The notes under the pieces: model-generated | Told to the model about the DNA's origin: nothing | What the model saw: the letters and a program-made list of their open reading frames with translations, nothing else | Database searches by the model: none | DNA from: an uncultured Parabacteroides sp. | Lineage (GTDB): Bacteria; Bacteroidota; Bacteroidia; Bacteroidales; Tannerellaceae | Length of the DNA: 46,977 bases | Direction of reading: 5' to 3' | NCBI GenBank assembly: GCA_964610765.1 | Contig: CAZSWS010000014.1 | Coordinates: forward strand, 1-46,977 | Program-made: the position numbers and the translations under genes | In this document: in pieces, positions 1-10,710 of the stretch | Numbering within the stretch: position 1 is the stretch's first letter | Layout: every line of letters begins with the position of its first letter

Positions 1-1400
1 TCCAAAATCAATTCAATAACAGGTATTTCAACATTTGGACGCTCTACGGGCAACTGAATAAACACATCGTCTCTTTGCCCAAATTCTGTCATATTACCAC
101 CTCCTACTTCAACACCCGAAACTTGCGGACTGCTAAAGCGAAGTTCCGAATCGTCATTCAACAGCTGTGCATACTTAAATTTGCCTTTATAACTTTTCAG
201 ATGTAGCGACTTGAATGGCCACTCCAAAACGTGTATATACAATCTTTTCTTTTCAGGATGATAGGTCAAAAAGCAATTCTGCGGGCGGTCAAACTCGTCC
301 GGGGCTTGCGTACAACCATAGATTGAGCGACTATGGAATTTCATCCACCGGGCTATTGCATCTAAGCGCTCATTCGCCCGATCGTCAAACACCCCACGAG
401 CTGTAGGTCCAACATTCAGCAATAGATTGCCCCCTTTACTAACCGTTTCTATCAACATGGCAATCAGTTGATGGGGGCTTTTCCATGTATATTCATCACG
501 GTGATATCCCCACGAACCGGAAAACGTCTGGCAGGTTTCCCAAGGAATCCGTTCGCCATTGATGGTTGGCCATTCGCTGGGCATAAACTGTTCCGGCGTA
601 AAATAATCCCATCCCCAGGTAGTATGATTCAAATCCATCCGATTATCGACAATGATATTGGGCATCAGGCTACGTACATGTTTCAGTAAAGATTCAGACC
701 CCCAGGCTTCATGTCCTTTACCGTCTTTGCCTGGGTAAGAGAAGTCCAAAAACAACTCATCAATTTGCCCAAACTCTGTCAGCAATTCCGTCAGTTGGTC
801 TTTCATATACTGTCGATATTTTTCCATATCTCTGTTCTTATTTTCTTCTCGCCAATTGTCGGGCTTACGCGACGGATGCTGCGCATCATATTCAAAGTCC
901 GGATGATGCCAATCAATTAACGAGTAATAAAACCCAATGCGTATGCCTTCAGCCCTAAAAGCATCAACAAAAGGTTTCAGAATATCTTTACCATAAGGTG
1001 TATTTGTAATCTTATAGTCTGTATGCTTGGTATCCCACATGCAGAATCCATCGTGGTGTTTGGTCGTAATGACCACATATTTCATCCCCGCAGCTTTTGC
1101 TTTGGCAGCCCATTCTTCGGGGTCGTATAAGTCAGGATTAAAAAGCTCGAAATATTTCCGGTATTCTTCATTGCTCATACGCTCATAAAACTGCACCCAC
1201 TCATGGCGAGCCGGCAATGCATAGAGTCCCCAGTGAATAAACATTCCAAACCGGTCGTGCGTCCACCAAGCCATTCGCTGTTCTTTTTCGGTTTTGGTCT
1301 CTTTAGCCCAAGCAGGAGTTGTTTGGTCTTGAGCCACCGCTTTCCAACTACATGCAAATATGACACATAGTACTCCCAAGAATAATTGTATTTTTCTCAT
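1..1400 (-). CDS. Alpha-L-fucosidase, GH29 family. Partial: the C-terminal end runs off the left window edge.
   Basis: Hand translation of the minus strand from the ATG (complement of 1398-1400) to position 1 gives about 466 codons with no stop. The N-terminus MRKIQLFLGVLCVIFACS is a signal peptide. Motifs such as TTKHHDGFCMWDT and WGYHRDE are typical of GH29 fucosidases. The ORF track does not list it, probably because it is open at the window edge. Confidence 0.8.
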   Translation of the reverse strand, partial: MRKIQLFLGVLCVIFACSWKAVAQDQTTPAWAKETKTEKEQRMAWWTHDRFGMFIHWGLYALPARHEWVQFYERMSNEEYRKYFELFNPDLYDPEEWAAKAKAAGMKYVVITTKHHDGFCMWDTKHTDYKITNTPYGKDILKPFVDAFRAEGIRIGFYYSLIDWHHPDFEYDAQHPSRKPDNWREENKNRDMEKYRQYMKDQLTELLTEFGQIDELFLDFSYPGKDGKGHEAWGSESLLKHVRSLMPNIIVDNRMDLNHTTWGWDYFTPEQFMPSEWPTINGERIPWETCQTFSGSWGYHRDEYTWKSPHQLIAMLIETVSKGGNLLLNVGPTARGVFDDRANERLDAIARWMKFHSRSIYGCTQAPDEFDRPQNCFLTYHPEKKRLYIHVLEWPFKSLHLKSYKGKFKYAQLLNDDSELRFSSPQVSGVEVGGGNMTEFGQRDDVFIQLPVERPNVEIPVIELIL

Positions 1401-1649
1401 AAGACAGTATTTTATATCGATTTTCACAAAGCGAAATCAGCAACATCACTCACTCAACATTAAGAAAAGAGGGTCTAAGTTAAAGATATCCGACCGCATA
1501 ATAAGTTCGATTCCAAGGTTTATCCGTTAAAGATATTAAATTCGTGAAGCCTATTGGTAAATTATTTGCTATTTTTGCATTTTATTGCGTGAATTGTGTC
1601 ATTTTCTCTGATAGAATACGTATTTGGGTTGCTTTAAGCGTAAAATAGA

Positions 1650-2528
1650 ATGGTTAAACATAAAAGAACAAAAAGTATTTCCTTTTTCAACTCTCGTCTT
1701 ATTTCTATTATTAGTACAGCATTGGTGCTTTTTCTTTTAGGCACAATCTTGCTAATCGCAGTATTAGGCAATGAGCTATCAGACTATGTAAAAGAGAACA
1801 TTTCATTTACCATTATGCTAGATGACAATGCGTCTGAAAAGCAGATTAATCAAATCACAGAACAACTAAAAGGATTGCCATTCATCAAGACAACCCAATA
1901 TATTTCGAAAGAGGATGCCGCTAAAGAGATGGAAAAGGAATTGGGTGAAAACCCGGAGACCTTCTTGGGATTTAACCCCTTCCAGGCACTTATAGAGGTG
2001 AAGCTTCATTCGGCTTATGCCAATACTGACAGTTTGCCACATATCGAAAAGAAGCTCACATCTTATACCGGAATCACCGAATTACTATATCGGCAAGACA
2101 TGATGGAGGTTGTAGACAGCAATATAAAGCGGTTAAGCATTATACTTATATCATTAACAATCGTGCTGATGATTATTTCGTTTGTGCTAATCAGCAATAC
2201 CATTCGATTACTCATCTACTCCAAGCGCTTCCTTATTCACACAATGAAACTGGTTGGGGCAACCCCCTCCTTCATCAGGAAGCCATTAATCAAGTATAAT
2301 ATGATGAGTGGTTTTATTGCTGGCATTTTGGCTATTGGTCTACTATATGGCTCCATCTATTATTTTAAAAATGAAATTGGCGAAGTGATGGTCATGATAG
2401 ATCATATAACCTTGTTAGTTATTTTTGGCATTGTTTTGGCTACCGGTGTATTATTATCTATCTTATTCACCATCATTGCCGTAAACAAATATTTACGCAT
2501 GAATGTGGATAAAATGTATTACGTATAA
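1650..2528 (+). CDS. ftsX: Cell-division permease FtsX-like protein.
   Basis: 292 aa. It has an N-terminal cytoplasmic stretch, a TM helix, a large periplasmic loop and three C-terminal TM helices, which is the FtsX topology. It heads the conserved Bacteroidales ftsX-DUF3098-uppP-truB-queA block. Confidence 0.75.
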   Translation: MVKHKRTKSISFFNSRLISIISTALVLFLLGTILLIAVLGNELSDYVKENISFTIMLDDNASEKQINQITEQLKGLPFIKTTQYISKEDAAKEMEKELGENPETFLGFNPFQALIEVKLHSAYANTDSLPHIEKKLTSYTGITELLYRQDMMEVVDSNIKRLSIILISLTIVLMIISFVLISNTIRLLIYSKRFLIHTMKLVGATPSFIRKPLIKYNMMSGFIAGILAIGLLYGSIYYFKNEIGEVMVMIDHITLLVIFGIVLATGVLLSILFTIIAVNKYLRMNVDKMYYV

Positions 2529-2539
2529 ACTAAATATCA

Positions 2540-2797
2540 ATGGATAAATCAACATTTGCTTTAGGAAAGACAAATTTTATTTGGATTGGGATTGCTGTCA
2601 TTATCATTACTATCGGGTATATCCTGATGAGTGGCGGCGGCTCAACAGATGGAGTTTCATTTAACCCCGAAATATTTAGTGCAAGAAGAATTAAAGTTGC
2701 ACCTATGGTGACTTGGGCGGGATATCTTTTACTGATATACGCCGTACTTGTCCCCGATAAGTCGAAAAAAGAAAAAGACAATACGACTACTAAGTAA
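2540..2797 (+). CDS. Small membrane protein, DUF3098-like.
   Basis: 85 aa with one or two TM helices. Its position between ftsX and uppP is the usual Bacteroidales arrangement. Confidence 0.5.
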   Translation: MDKSTFALGKTNFIWIGIAVIIITIGYILMSGGGSTDGVSFNPEIFSARRIKVAPMVTWAGYLLLIYAVLVPDKSKKEKDNTTTK

Positions 2798-2812
2798 AGA
2801 ATAAAAGTATCT

Positions 2813-3607
2813 ATGACAATATTCGAAGCTATCATCATAGCTATCGTTGAGGGACTAACCGAATTTCTTCCGGTATCATCTACCGGACATATGATTATAA
2901 CTCAGGGATTGCTAGGCATTGAATCGAACGAGTTTATAAAAGCATTTACCGTCATCATACAATTTGGAGCAATTCTATCAGTAATTGTTCTCTATTGGAA
3001 ACGTTTTTTTCAATCATGGACCTTCTACTTGAAGCTTTTAGCCGGTTTTTTACCCGCAGCCATTCTGGGTCTGCTATTTAGTGACCAGATTGACAATTTG
3101 CTTGAAAGCGTCTTTGTAGTTGCTCTCATGCTTGTACTTGGCGGCATCGTCATGCTGTTTGTCGACAAATGGTTCAACAAGCCCAAAGAAAAACAGGAAG
3201 TAACTTATAAAAATGCTTTTTTGATTGGGTGCTTTCAGTGTATCGCGATGATTCCCGGTGTATCACGCTCGATGGCCACTATCGTAGGAGGCATGTCGCG
3301 CGGTTTAACACGAAAAAACGCCGCTGAATTTTCATTCTTTTTAGCTGTTCCAACCATGGCTGCTGCTACCGGATATAAACTGCTTAAATTATTCTTGTCA
3401 GACACCGGTTCAGAGCTATTAATGGCTAATTTGGGAATACTGATTATAGGCAATGTGGTAGCTTTTGTGGTAGCCATGTTAGCCATCCGTTTTTTTATTG
3501 AGTTTATTACAAAATATGGATTTAAGTTTTTCGGATGGTACCGTATTTTTGTAGGTGGATTGATTTTATTATTTATGACCTTAGGGTATGAACTTAGTGT
3601 AGCTTAA
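2813..3607 (+). CDS. uppP: Undecaprenyl-diphosphate phosphatase (UppP/BacA).
   Basis: 264 aa polytopic membrane protein. The N-terminal motif [15 protein letters not shown] and the internal [12 protein letters not shown] match UppP signature regions. Confidence 0.85.
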   Translation: MTIFEAIIIAIVEGLTEFLPVSSTGHMIITQGLLGIESNEFIKAFTVIIQFGAILSVIVLYWKRFFQSWTFYLKLLAGFLPAAILGLLFSDQIDNLLESVFVVALMLVLGGIVMLFVDKWFNKPKEKQEVTYKNAFLIGCFQCIAMIPGVSRSMATIVGGMSRGLTRKNAAEFSFFLAVPTMAAATGYKLLKLFLSDTGSELLMANLGILIIGNVVAFVVAMLAIRFFIEFITKYGFKFFGWYRIFVGGLILLFMTLGYELSVA

Positions 3608-4308
3608 TGGATTTTATAGAAGGAGCTGTTTTATATTTCAACAAACCATTAGACTGGACATCATTTGATCTGGTAAGGAAGTTTCGGTATAAATTAACGA
3701 AGAAGTTGCATGTCAAAAAACTTAAAGTTGGACATGCAGGCACATTAGACCCTAAAGCAACGGGGGTGCTAATTATCTGTACCGGAAAAGCCACCAAACG
3801 AATTGAAGATTTTCAAAATCAAGAAAAGGAATATGTCGCTACACTCAAAATAGGAGAAACAACCCCTTCGTTCGATTTAGAAAAAGAGGTTGACGCAACC
3901 TATCCTACGGAACACATCACACGTGAAATGACCGAAGAGGTGCTACAACGTTTTGTAGGCACTATTGAGCAAATCCCTCCGGTTTTCTCAGCATGCAAAG
4001 TAGATGGGAAAAGAGCTTATGAAATAGCTCGAAAGGGAGAGACCGTTGAACTTAAAGCCAAAACACTGGTTATCGAAGAAATTGAGCTGCTGGAATATGC
4101 CATGCCGCTGATTAAGATACGGGTCGTTTGCAGCAAAGGAACCTATATCAGAGCATTGGCCCGAGATATCGGTGAAGCATTAAAATCAGGTGCTTACCTT
4201 ACAGAACTCACCCGAACACGGGTAGGCGATGCTACAATAGCACAGTGCATGTCGCCTGATGAGATAGATGATTTTTTAGATAGAGAAGTAACAATTAAAC
4301 AACTATAA
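3607..4308 (+). CDS. truB: tRNA pseudouridine(55) synthase TruB.
   Basis: 233 aa. The catalytic motif [14 protein letters not shown] is present. The start overlaps the uppP stop in a TAATG junction. Confidence 0.9.
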   Translation: MDFIEGAVLYFNKPLDWTSFDLVRKFRYKLTKKLHVKKLKVGHAGTLDPKATGVLIICTGKATKRIEDFQNQEKEYVATLKIGETTPSFDLEKEVDATYPTEHITREMTEEVLQRFVGTIEQIPPVFSACKVDGKRAYEIARKGETVELKAKTLVIEEIELLEYAMPLIKIRVVCSKGTYIRALARDIGEALKSGAYLTELTRTRVGDATIAQCMSPDEIDDFLDREVTIKQL

Positions 4309-4310
4309 AT

Positions 4311-5360
4311 ATGAAGCTTTCGCAATTCAAATTTAATTTACCGGAAGAGTTAATCGCTCAACATCCGGCGTATTATCGTGACGAATCGCGCCTAATGGTC
4401 GTTCACCGTGAAACAGGGGAAATAGAACATCGTCAATTCAAAGAAATCATTGAGTATTTCGAGCCGGACGATGTATTTATCATGAATAACACCCGCGTTT
4501 TCCCGGCACGTCTGTTTGGTAACAAAGAAAAGACAGGAGCACGTATTGAGGTTTTCTTGCTACGAGAACTGAACGAAGACATGCGACTTTGGGATGTATT
4601 GGTTGACCCGGCTCGGAAAATTCGTATCGGGAATAAGCTATATTTTGGAGAGAATGACTCTATGGTTGCCGAAGTGATAGACAACACCACTTCACGTGGA
4701 CGAACCTTGCGCTTCCTTTATGACGGCTCACACGATGATTTCAAAAAAGACCTTTACGAACTGGGGCAAACACCTCTGCCAAAATACATTGAAAGAGACA
4801 TTGAGCCGGAAGATGCTGAAAACTATCAAACCATCTATGCCTCAGAAGAAGGAGCCGTAGTAGCTCCGGCAGCAGGCTTCCACTTCAGTCGCGAACTAAT
4901 TCGCCGCTTGGAAATCAAAGATTGTCGCTTTGCTTATTTAACGCTTCACTGCGGGTTAGGCAACTACCGAGATATTGATGTGGAAGACCTAACAAAGCAT
5001 AAGATTGACTCTGAAGAGATGATTATAAAAAAAGACGTCACTGAAATCGTAAACAGGGCTAAGGAAAATGGTAAAAACATTTGCGCCGTAGGTACGTCAG
5101 TTATGCGTGCAGCCGAAACAGCGGTTAGCACAGACGGTCTTCTGAAAGAATATTCCGGATGGACCAATCGGTTTATCTTCCCACCCTATGATTTCACCTT
5201 GGCTAATCGTATGGTTACTAATTTTCATATGCCATTATCCATCTTACTAATGATGACTTGTGCTTTTGGCGGATATGACTTGATTATGGATATTTACAAA
5301 AAAGCGATTGAAGAGAAATATCGCTTTGGTGCATACGGAGACGCAATGCTTATCCTCTAA
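4311..5360 (+). CDS. queA: S-adenosylmethionine:tRNA ribosyltransferase-isomerase QueA.
   Basis: 349 aa. The N-terminal [13 protein letters not shown] and the C-terminal [13 protein letters not shown] are characteristic of QueA. Confidence 0.9.
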   Translation: MKLSQFKFNLPEELIAQHPAYYRDESRLMVVHRETGEIEHRQFKEIIEYFEPDDVFIMNNTRVFPARLFGNKEKTGARIEVFLLRELNEDMRLWDVLVDPARKIRIGNKLYFGENDSMVAEVIDNTTSRGRTLRFLYDGSHDDFKKDLYELGQTPLPKYIERDIEPEDAENYQTIYASEEGAVVAPAAGFHFSRELIRRLEIKDCRFAYLTLHCGLGNYRDIDVEDLTKHKIDSEEMIIKKDVTEIVNRAKENGKNICAVGTSVMRAAETAVSTDGLLKEYSGWTNRFIFPPYDFTLANRMVTNFHMPLSILLMMTCAFGGYDLIMDIYKKAIEEKYRFGAYGDAMLIL

Positions 5361-5362
5361 TA

Positions 5363-5857
5363 ATGGCTTCGGTCTATATTGGATTAGGAACCAACAAAGG
5401 GAATAAACGGAAAAACCTTATCATGGCTTCTGTTTATTTAGCTGAAAGGGCGGGAGATATCACCGCCCTTTCAGACTTTTATGAAACCCCACCTTGGGGA
5501 TTCAACTCAGATGAGCTTTTTCTGAATGCCGCCCTGCGATTAGAAACCAACTTGTCACCTCTTGACCTACTAACGCTTACCCAAGAGATTGAGCGAGAAC
5601 TAGGGCGAACAAGCAAAAGTATTCATGGTCAATATGAAGATCGCACCATCGACATTGACCTCCTCACCTATGACGACCTCATCATGGAAACGCCTGAATT
5701 AACCCTTCCCCACCCATACATGCATGAACGGATGTTCGTATTGAAACCGCTGGCTGAAATAGCCCCATCTTACGTCCATCCAAGCCTTCACCAAACTATC
5801 GACAGACTCTATCAGCAGCTTTTGTCAGATAAAAATAACTTAAAGTCAGCACGATAG
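5363..5857 (+). CDS. folK: 2-amino-4-hydroxy-6-hydroxymethyldihydropteridine pyrophosphokinase (HPPK, FolK).
   Basis: 164 aa. The N-terminal VYIGLGTN and the C-terminal ERMFVLKPLAEIAP are HPPK hallmarks. Confidence 0.85.
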   Translation: MASVYIGLGTNKGNKRKNLIMASVYLAERAGDITALSDFYETPPWGFNSDELFLNAALRLETNLSPLDLLTLTQEIERELGRTSKSIHGQYEDRTIDIDLLTYDDLIMETPELTLPHPYMHERMFVLKPLAEIAPSYVHPSLHQTIDRLYQQLLSDKNNLKSAR

Positions 5858-6019
5858 TCTTATTTTTATTTGTACATTTGCCTCTGAATTAATGTGGATA
5901 GATTTGTATTGATTGCAACCACAGGAAAAAATGCTAAAAACAACACTTCCATATCTGCTGTTTTACATTTCCTCTTCATTAATTCACAACTGATTATTTT
6001 TTTAAAACAACAGAACACA

Positions 6020-7309
6020 ATGAGTTATTTATTTACCTCCGAATCGGTGTCTGAAGGACACCCCGATAAAGTAGCCGACCAAATATCGGATGCTTTGCTT
6101 GATGAGTTTCTGGCTTATGACAAGAACTCGAAAGTTGCGTGCGAAACGTTAGTAACCACCGGACAGGTTGTACTGGCAGGAGAAGTTAAATCGTCTGCTT
6201 ATGTTGACGTACAGGATGTAGCCCGCCGCGTTATCGAACGCATAGGCTATACCAAAAGCGAATACCAATTTGAAGCGAAATCCTGTGGTGTCCTTTCAGC
6301 TATTCATGAACAAAGTGACGATATCAACCGGGGCGTTGTACGCGAAGACGAACTGGAGCAAGGAGCAGGAGACCAAGGAATCATTTTTGGATACGCAACC
6401 AAAGAAACTGAGAACTATATGCCTTTGGCTTTAGATCTTGCACACAGCCTACTCATCGAATTAGCAGAAATACGTAAAAATGAAATAGAGCTGATGCCCT
6501 ATTTACGTCCGGATGCAAAAAGTCAAGTTACCATCGAATATGAAGACGATGGAACACCTAAGCGCATTGACACCCTCGTACTATCTACACAACATGACGA
6601 GTTTATCACGGCAACCGAGCATCTTTCTCAAGATGAAGCCGACAAGCGTATGGCTGATAAAATACGTGAGGACGTTATCAATATATTGGTGCCACGTGTA
6701 ATCAAAAAATATCCGGTTAACGTGCAGACTTTGTTTAATGATCAAATCATTTATCACGTAAATCCTACCGGCAAATTTGTGATTGGCGGACCACACGGAG
6801 ACACGGGACTGACCGGTCGTAAAATCATCGTGGATACATACGGAGGAAAAGGGGCACACGGAGGAGGAGCATTCTCCGGGAAAGACCCATCTAAAGTAGA
6901 CCGCTCGGCTGCCTATGCGGCTCGCCATATTGCGAAAAACCTGGTAGCTGCCGGCGTTGCAGATGAAGTGTTGATACAAATCTCTTATGCAATTGGTGTA
7001 GCAGAACCGATGAATGTGTTTGTAAACACCTATGGAAGAGCTAATGTCCAACTATCTGATGGAGAGATTGCGATAAAAATTGAAAAGATATTTGACCTTC
7101 GTCCCAAAGCAATTGAAAACCGTTTGAAACTGCGTAACCCGATTTATTCAGAAACAGCATCATACGGACATATGGGTCGCGAACCTCAAACCATTCGTAA
7201 GGTATTTACAACCAGATACAAACCCAATCCACTCGTTTATGATGTGGAGCTATTTACCTGGGAAAAGTTGGATTATGTAGATACAATCAAAAAAGATTTT
7301 AACCTGTAA
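6020..7309 (+). CDS. metK: S-adenosylmethionine synthetase (methionine adenosyltransferase).
   Basis: The track ORF begins at 5894, but the conserved MetK N-terminus [25 protein letters not shown] starts at the in-frame ATG at 6020. The motifs [19 protein letters not shown] and GHMGRE are present. From 6020 the product is 429 aa. Confidence 0.9.
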   Translation: MSYLFTSESVSEGHPDKVADQISDALLDEFLAYDKNSKVACETLVTTGQVVLAGEVKSSAYVDVQDVARRVIERIGYTKSEYQFEAKSCGVLSAIHEQSDDINRGVVREDELEQGAGDQGIIFGYATKETENYMPLALDLAHSLLIELAEIRKNEIELMPYLRPDAKSQVTIEYEDDGTPKRIDTLVLSTQHDEFITATEHLSQDEADKRMADKIREDVINILVPRVIKKYPVNVQTLFNDQIIYHVNPTGKFVIGGPHGDTGLTGRKIIVDTYGGKGAHGGGAFSGKDPSKVDRSAAYAARHIAKNLVAAGVADEVLIQISYAIGVAEPMNVFVNTYGRANVQLSDGEIAIKIEKIFDLRPKAIENRLKLRNPIYSETASYGHMGREPQTIRKVFTTRYKPNPLVYDVELFTWEKLDYVDTIKKDFNL

Positions 7310-7316
7310 TAACAGA

Positions 7317-7358
7317 AACTCCCCTTTAGCGATCCAGTGCTAAGGGGGAGTTTTTTTA
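7317..7358 (+). terminator. Rho-independent terminator after metK.
   Basis: The 13-bp stem ACTCCCCTTTAGC (7318-7330) pairs with GCTAAGGGGGAGT (7339-7351). The loop is GATCCAGT. A T7 run follows. Confidence 0.75.
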
Positions 7359-7415
7359 TTCAATCATACCGACAACTTGAATCTGTAAATATGAACACAG
7401 CCTGACAAGGCTGGT

Positions 7416-7817
7416 TTGAAATTATTTATTAACTTTAGAGCAAACAACAACGCCATGAATACAATAAAGAAAAATCGACCGGTTACAGTAATTCTTTGTT
7501 TCTTGATTTTTTTCTCTGTAACATTTCTTTTCAACTACTTTTTCCAAAAAACAGTTGTGGATAAAGCAGTAAAAGATGCGACCTTGCTATCTATTATCTT
7601 AACAATTGTTTTCTCGATAAATATTAAACAATACCGCTTCATTTGGGTATTCTTTTTCTCGCTCATAGCCGGAGCTCTGTCTGTATTTACCTCGTTAATA
7701 TTAGACCTAATCTTCAGTACACCTTTGGATTGGACAGCGGCCTTTAAAAAAGGTCTTGCAGGCTTAATCTCTACGCTAATTATACTGGCGATCTTCCGAT
7801 TTGCTAAAAAGCAATAG
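7416..7817 (+). CDS. Hypothetical small integral membrane protein.
   Basis: 133 aa with 3-4 hydrophobic helices. An alternative start is MNTIKK at 7455. I recognise no conserved motif. Confidence 0.4.
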   Translation: MKLFINFRANNNAMNTIKKNRPVTVILCFLIFFSVTFLFNYFFQKTVVDKAVKDATLLSIILTIVFSINIKQYRFIWVFFFSLIAGALSVFTSLILDLIFSTPLDWTAAFKKGLAGLISTLIILAIFRFAKKQ

Positions 7818-8131
7818 TGCTCAATCAGCTAATCAATAACTATTCGATGCTTAACGTTCTGTTATGTTTAATTGGGGGGATTATCGCGGGCTATCTTCTG
7901 CGAAAAAAATCATTCACACAACGCCTAGACAAACCTATTTTCTATACAATCATCCTCTTACTTTTCCTACTGGGGGTTTCAGTAGGGTCAAACAAAGAAA
8001 TCATTGAAGGTATCAGCACGCTAGGCGCACACGCGATAATTATGGGAGCATCCACGGCTTTAGGTAGTGTTTTAATGGCAGGTCTTTTTTACCGACTTTT
8101 CTTCCGTAAAAAGAATAACCATGAGAGGTAG
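7817..8131 (+). CDS. LysO-family (DUF340) transporter, small subunit.
   Basis: 104 aa membrane protein. GTG is the likely start, overlapping the upstream stop; the first ATG is at 7847. It lies directly upstream of the larger DUF340 protein and overlaps it, which is the usual split LysO arrangement. Confidence 0.5.
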   Translation: MLNQLINNYSMLNVLLCLIGGIIAGYLLRKKSFTQRLDKPIFYTIILLLFLLGVSVGSNKEIIEGISTLGAHAIIMGASTALGSVLMAGLFYRLFFRKKNNHER

Positions 8132-8750
8132 CCTAATTATTATCTCTTTCTTTATAGTGGGTTGCTTAGTCGGACAAATAGAAGACATAACGAGCATTCT
8201 ATCATCCGTCCCTTTAGAAAAGTACGCACTCTATGTCCTCCTACTACTTGTTGGGATAAGTATAGGAAGTAATCGGCGGATTAAAGAACTTCTACTTAAC
8301 ATACACCCTCGTATGCTGCTAATTCCGGTCGCGACCTGGGTGGGAACTTTAATGAGTGCTGCGATAGTGGCTTTATTTTTCACTAGGTGGAGTTTGTTTG
8401 AGAACATGGCTATAGGAAGCGGCTTTGCCTACTACTCACTTTCATCTATCTTAATTACTGATATAAAGACTCCAATGATTGGAGTTAAGCTTGCCACCGA
8501 ACTAGGCGCAATAGCTCTTATAGCTAATATTACACGAGAGGTCATCACATTAACCGCTACGCCTTTGCTGGTTCGTTATTTTGGTCCTTTAGCTCCTATT
8601 TGTGCCGGAGGGGCAACAACCATGGACACCACCCTGCCTATCATCACCCAATATGCAGGAAAAGAGTATGCTTTTGTCGCCATTTTTCATGGAATTATTA
8701 TTGACCTATCTGTTCCACTCTTAGTAACCCTCTTTTGCTCTCTCGGCTAA
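8121..8750 (+). CDS. Lysine exporter LysO (YbjE-like, DUF340) membrane protein.
   Basis: 209 aa polytopic membrane protein. The overall pattern resembles YbjE/LysO. It overlaps the upstream partner by 11 nt. Confidence 0.55.
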   Translation: MRGSLIIISFFIVGCLVGQIEDITSILSSVPLEKYALYVLLLLVGISIGSNRRIKELLLNIHPRMLLIPVATWVGTLMSAAIVALFFTRWSLFENMAIGSGFAYYSLSSILITDIKTPMIGVKLATELGAIALIANITREVITLTATPLLVRYFGPLAPICAGGATTMDTTLPIITQYAGKEYAFVAIFHGIIIDLSVPLLVTLFCSLG

Positions 8751-9126
8751 CACAGCCTGATTATACACGTTGCTGATTATAATGTGTAAAAAAAAACCAC
8801 CCTCAATATCACACTGAAGATGGTTTTCTCGTATAGCATTTAGCATTAGTTATTACATTCTTTGTCCTGCTAAAGTACCATACAGTCCGACAAAAATAAA
8901 AGTCGAACACTTGTCGTTACTCAATAGATAATAATGATTTGTAAAAAAACGTTTCATTGTTATGCGAGCCATCCATAAAGAATGGTTAACATTTTATCTT
9001 TTTAATAATGCAAATTTAACAACACTTATTAAGTTAACAAAATAAGAAGCAGGACAAAACACGACCAACAGGGGGCTAATAATCAACTAAATAGAAGGGG
9101 GTAAAAAGCTCAAGTGGACAGAATGC

Positions 9127-9555
9127 CTATAATCCTCCTATAATAGAATCAAGCGAAATGTATTTAGCACACATTTCACACGAAGCACTTTCCAATATTT
9201 TCTCTTTGATACGTTGTTTTCTCTTGGTTACGGCTGCGATTGAGACAGCCGTAAACTCAGCAATTTCAGCCGTAGTAAAGGCTAATTTCATCAGAATACA
9301 TAATTGAGTATCACGCTCGGTCATCCAGGGGTATTTCTGCACAATGCCTATGTAAAAGCGAGGAAATATTTTATTTACACTTGCGTAAATTGACGGCCAT
9401 ACTCCATCTTTAATAAACTTCCTTCTTTCTTCAATCTGCAGAATCGGCAGCAACATACGCCTTTGCTGCTCAATCAAATAGTTCTCTTGTCGAATAAGTT
9501 TTTTATTTTGACTAGACAATGTTTTTAAAAGTCTTTGAATTTCCTTCTCAGTCAT
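9127..9555 (-). CDS. Small HTH transcriptional regulator, LuxR/sigma-70 region-4-like.
   Basis: 142 aa. The C-terminal LCILMKLAFTTAEIAEFTAVSIAAVTKRKQRIKEKI looks like a helix-turn-helix. It is probably co-transcribed with the phosphorylase gene upstream on the minus strand. Confidence 0.45.
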   Translation of the reverse strand: MTEKEIQRLLKTLSSQNKKLIRQENYLIEQQRRMLLPILQIEERRKFIKDGVWPSIYASVNKIFPRFYIGIVQKYPWMTERDTQLCILMKLAFTTAEIAEFTAVSIAAVTKRKQRIKEKILESASCEMCAKYISLDSIIGGL

Positions 9556-9631
9556 TTTTACGCTTTAAGTAACACCTTTAGGCGATGCAAGGTTTGCTCA
9601 ACACCCATCGCCACTTTTTAATAAAAAAGTC

Positions 9632-10567
9632 TTAAATACGATGAAGCACCAATTGAATCAGCTTAATCAAGCTACTTTGATAATCTGTATTCATATTCTC
9701 ATCAACCCTGCCGGCTATAATACAGCAGACAGTCATTGCACGATGCCCCATCATTGCAGCTAGTCCCGCCAACGCCGAACTTTCCATTTCATAGTTCGTT
9801 ATTTTATGACCTTTATAATCAAACTTTTCAATTTTCTCATTGAGCATAGGATCGGCTAATGAAAGGCGAAGTTTGCGCCCTTGAGGGCCATAAAAGCCAT
9901 TAGCCGCAATCGTTGTTCCACGTACTACCTCTTCTTTAGCTATTTGATCCATCAATGATGCGTCTGCAGTCACGACATAAGGATGCAACTCCGGTATTTT
10001 CCAATCCAACTGCTCAACCAGGGCTTCCTCAAAGGACAGATTACGCACTTTCCTATTTCCTTCGTAAAAGTAAACCACTCCATCAAAACCAATTGATCGC
10101 TCTGCTGCAACATACGTACCTATCGGCACAAAAGGCTGCAACCCTCCGGAGGTCCCTATGCGCACCAAAGTCAATTGCTTAAACTGTTCCTTGATACGAC
10201 GAGTTTTATAATCAATATTAGCCAGCGTATCCAGTTCATTCAATACAATATCTATATTATCATTACCAATTCCATGAGACAATACCGTAATACGCTTACC
10301 TTCGTACGTACCGGTAATGGTATGAAATTCACGGCTGGTTACATCACACTCAATATCGGTTAAATACTCACCTATCAAAGTCACACGACCCGGGTCGCCT
10401 ACAAGAATAACTCGATCAGCCAATTGTTCCGGAGTAATATGCAAGTGAAATGCACTGCCATCCTCATTGATAATAAATTCAGAGGCCGGTATGATTCCAT
10501 CGTTTGTTTTCATGTTTTTGTGTTTTAAAGTTACTACATCAACAAAGTTACAAAAAACATCTAGCAC
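9632..10567 (-). CDS. Nucleoside phosphorylase, PNP/UDP phosphorylase family.
   Basis: 311 aa from the track start; the more likely start is the in-frame MKTNDG at 10513. The motifs VILVGDPGRV, GTSGGLQ and YEMESSALAGLAAMMGHRAMTVCCI are typical of the PNP_UDP_1 family. Confidence 0.7.
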   Translation of the reverse strand: MLDVFCNFVDVVTLKHKNMKTNDGIIPASEFIINEDGSAFHLHITPEQLADRVILVGDPGRVTLIGEYLTDIECDVTSREFHTITGTYEGKRITVLSHGIGNDNIDIVLNELDTLANIDYKTRRIKEQFKQLTLVRIGTSGGLQPFVPIGTYVAAERSIGFDGVVYFYEGNRKVRNLSFEEALVEQLDWKIPELHPYVVTADASLMDQIAKEEVVRGTTIAANGFYGPQGRKLRLSLADPMLNEKIEKFDYKGHKITNYEMESSALAGLAAMMGHRAMTVCCIIAGRVDENMNTDYQSSLIKLIQLVLHRI

Positions 10568-10710
10568 AAAGTCAGGTTTACTTCACTAAATCAGACCGTT
10601 TTATCCAGATAGAACAAAGCTAGAGCATAAAAAAGATGTATGTTTACGACATAATTATCCCTTTGTCCACGAGCGGCAAGGTTTAATTTTATGAACACTG
10701 CATAACATAC

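Noticed and set aside
1495-1520. The tRNA-like T-loop string GTTCGATTCC in the fucosidase/ftsX divergent intergenic region.
   Set aside because: The flanking bases cannot form a T-stem or an acceptor stem. No cloverleaf is possible, so it is a chance match.
5894-6019. N-terminal 42-codon extension of metK given in the ORF track.
   Set aside because: Conserved MetK sequence starts at the internal ATG at 6020. The extension is low-complexity and is more likely leader sequence that happens to lack stop codons.
6581-7051. 156-aa antisense ORF inside metK. The track also lists many 60-124-aa ORFs embedded in or antisense to confidently assigned genes (for example 2530..2838, 3235..3486, 4433..4690, 9955..10363, 11958..12420, 18309..18669, 26675..27508, 30181..30420, 33554..34089, 44938..45359).
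   Set aside because: All lie wholly within strong, motif-supported genes on the other strand or in another frame. They have low-complexity composition and no recognisable domains, so I treat them as shadow ORFs.
8751-9126. 376-bp convergent intergenic region. It was searched for a small gene or an sRNA/terminator (AAAACCACC...GATGGTTTT imperfect stem near 8803-8832).
   Set aside because: The stem is imperfect (7/9) and there is no ORF or conserved RNA motif. It probably just holds weak convergent terminators.
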